Origin: Eledone cirrhosa
Lineage: Eukaryota
DNA length: 64,000 nucleotides
Reading direction: 5' to 3'
NCBI GenBank assembly: GCA_964016885.1
Contig: OZ024741.1
Span: 11,470,001-11,534,000 of the forward strand
In this document: one piece after another, positions 63,401-64,000 of the stretch
Position numbering within the stretch: position 1 is the stretch's first letter
Layout: each line of letters begins with the position of its first letter
The notes under the pieces: generated by a model
What the model saw: the letters and a program-made list of their open reading frames with translations, nothing else
The model's database searches: none
What the model was told of the DNA's origin: nothing
Position numbers and translations under genes: made by a program

Positions 63401-64000
63401 AGTTACATACACACACATCTACTGAGTTACACACACATCTACTGAGTTACATATACACACATCTACTGAGTTGCATACACACATCTACTGAGTTACATAT
63501 ACACACATCTGCTGTGTTACATACACACACCTCTACTGAGTCACATACATACACCTACTGAGTTACATACACACATCAACTGAGTTACATACACATACAT
63601 CTACTGAATTACATACATACACATCTACTGAGTTACATACACACGCATCTACTGAGTTACATACACACAGCTGCTGAGTTACATACACACACATCTACTG
63701 AGTTACATACACACACATCTACTGAGTTACATACATACACATCTACTGAGTTACATACACACACATCTACTGAGTTACATACACACACATCTACTGAGTT
63801 GCATATACACACATCTACTGAGTTACATATACACACATCTACTGAGTTACATACACACAAATCTACTGAGTTACATACACACACATCAACTGAGATACAT
63901 ACACACATCTACAGAGTTACATACACACACATCTACTGACTTTCATATACTCACATCTACTGAGTTAAATACACACACATCTACTGAGTTACATACACAA
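21400..64000 (+). repeat. Distal satellite domain with ~4.2-5.6 kb higher-order repeats built from ~1.7-1.8 kb subunits
   Basis: The GAGTGACATA marker occurs at 22225, 27562, 31743, 37080, 42672, 47164 and 52333 (spacings 5337, 4181, 5337, 5592, 4492, 5169). An internal subunit offset of 1723 is seen at 22954/24677, 28291/30014, 47893/49616, 53062/54785 and 58513/60236. Confidence 0.88.
21811..40830 (+). repeat. Near-identical 9,518-bp tandem duplication within the satellite
   Basis: A constant offset of 9518 holds for paired ORF-track markers 22225/31743, 22954/32472, 24677/34195, 26337/35855, 26706/36224, 27562/37080, 28291/37809 and 30014/39532. It also holds for the private variant CTCCTATG at ~23246/32764. 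Confidence 0.92.

Larger units (their letters stand above)
1942..64000 (+). repeat. Satellite DNA array of 22/24-bp monomers TCTACTGAGTTACATA(CA)3-4, about 2,700 copies, truncated by the window end
   Basis: Continuous head-to-tail monomers run from AGTTACATACAGACACATC at 1942 to the last base. I saw no inserted foreign sequence and no orientation switch. Copy number is estimated as ~62,060 bp divided by ~23 bp. Confidence 0.99.

Noticed and set aside
2819-63908. Dozens of His/Thr-rich ([16 protein letters not shown]) and Cys/Val-rich (VCVCNSVD) ORFs, superficially like His-rich structural or metal-binding proteins
   Set aside because: They are translations of the 24-bp monomer. 22-bp monomers shift the frame into a TGA-containing frame, so ORFs are short (205 aa at most) and switch repeat type midway. 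Similar ORFs occur on both strands, many start at non-ATG codons, and there is no signal peptide or frame-preserving constraint.
1942-64000. CRISPR-like array (constant core with variable intervening sequence)
   Set aside because: The variable parts are 8-14 nt CA tracts rather than unique spacers. There are no cas genes or leader, and the context is eukaryotic.
1942-64000. Arrayed splice signals on the minus strand (GTATGT...CAG in each monomer)
   Set aside because: There is no polypyrimidine tract, exon or gene context, and these short words arise trivially from the TG-rich monomer.

Overview
Non-coding eukaryotic DNA, probably from an octopus or other cephalopod. That assignment is inferred from a remembered resemblance of one SINE to octopus SINEs, plus the AT-rich, microsatellite-dense flank. 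Bases 1-1941 are a flank containing a minus-strand tRNA-derived SINE, (AT)n and (AAT)n microsatellites, two small minisatellites and an AT-cored hairpin. Bases 1942-64000 (about 97% of the window, running off the right edge) are a single uninterrupted, single-orientation satellite array. Its monomer is TCTACTGAGTTACATA(CA)3-4 (22 or 24 bp), with roughly 2,700 copies. Rare monomer variants act as barcodes and reveal nested higher-order structure: ~1.7-1.8 kb subunits, ~4.2-5.6 kb higher-order repeats (HORs), a near-identical 9,518-bp tandem duplication, and two variant-defined domains. The far end of the window also returns to sequence found at the start of the array, ~59.3 kb away. No credible protein-coding gene, RNA gene or CRISPR array is present, and all listed ORFs are read-throughs of repeats. 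All offsets were read by eye or taken from the ORF track.
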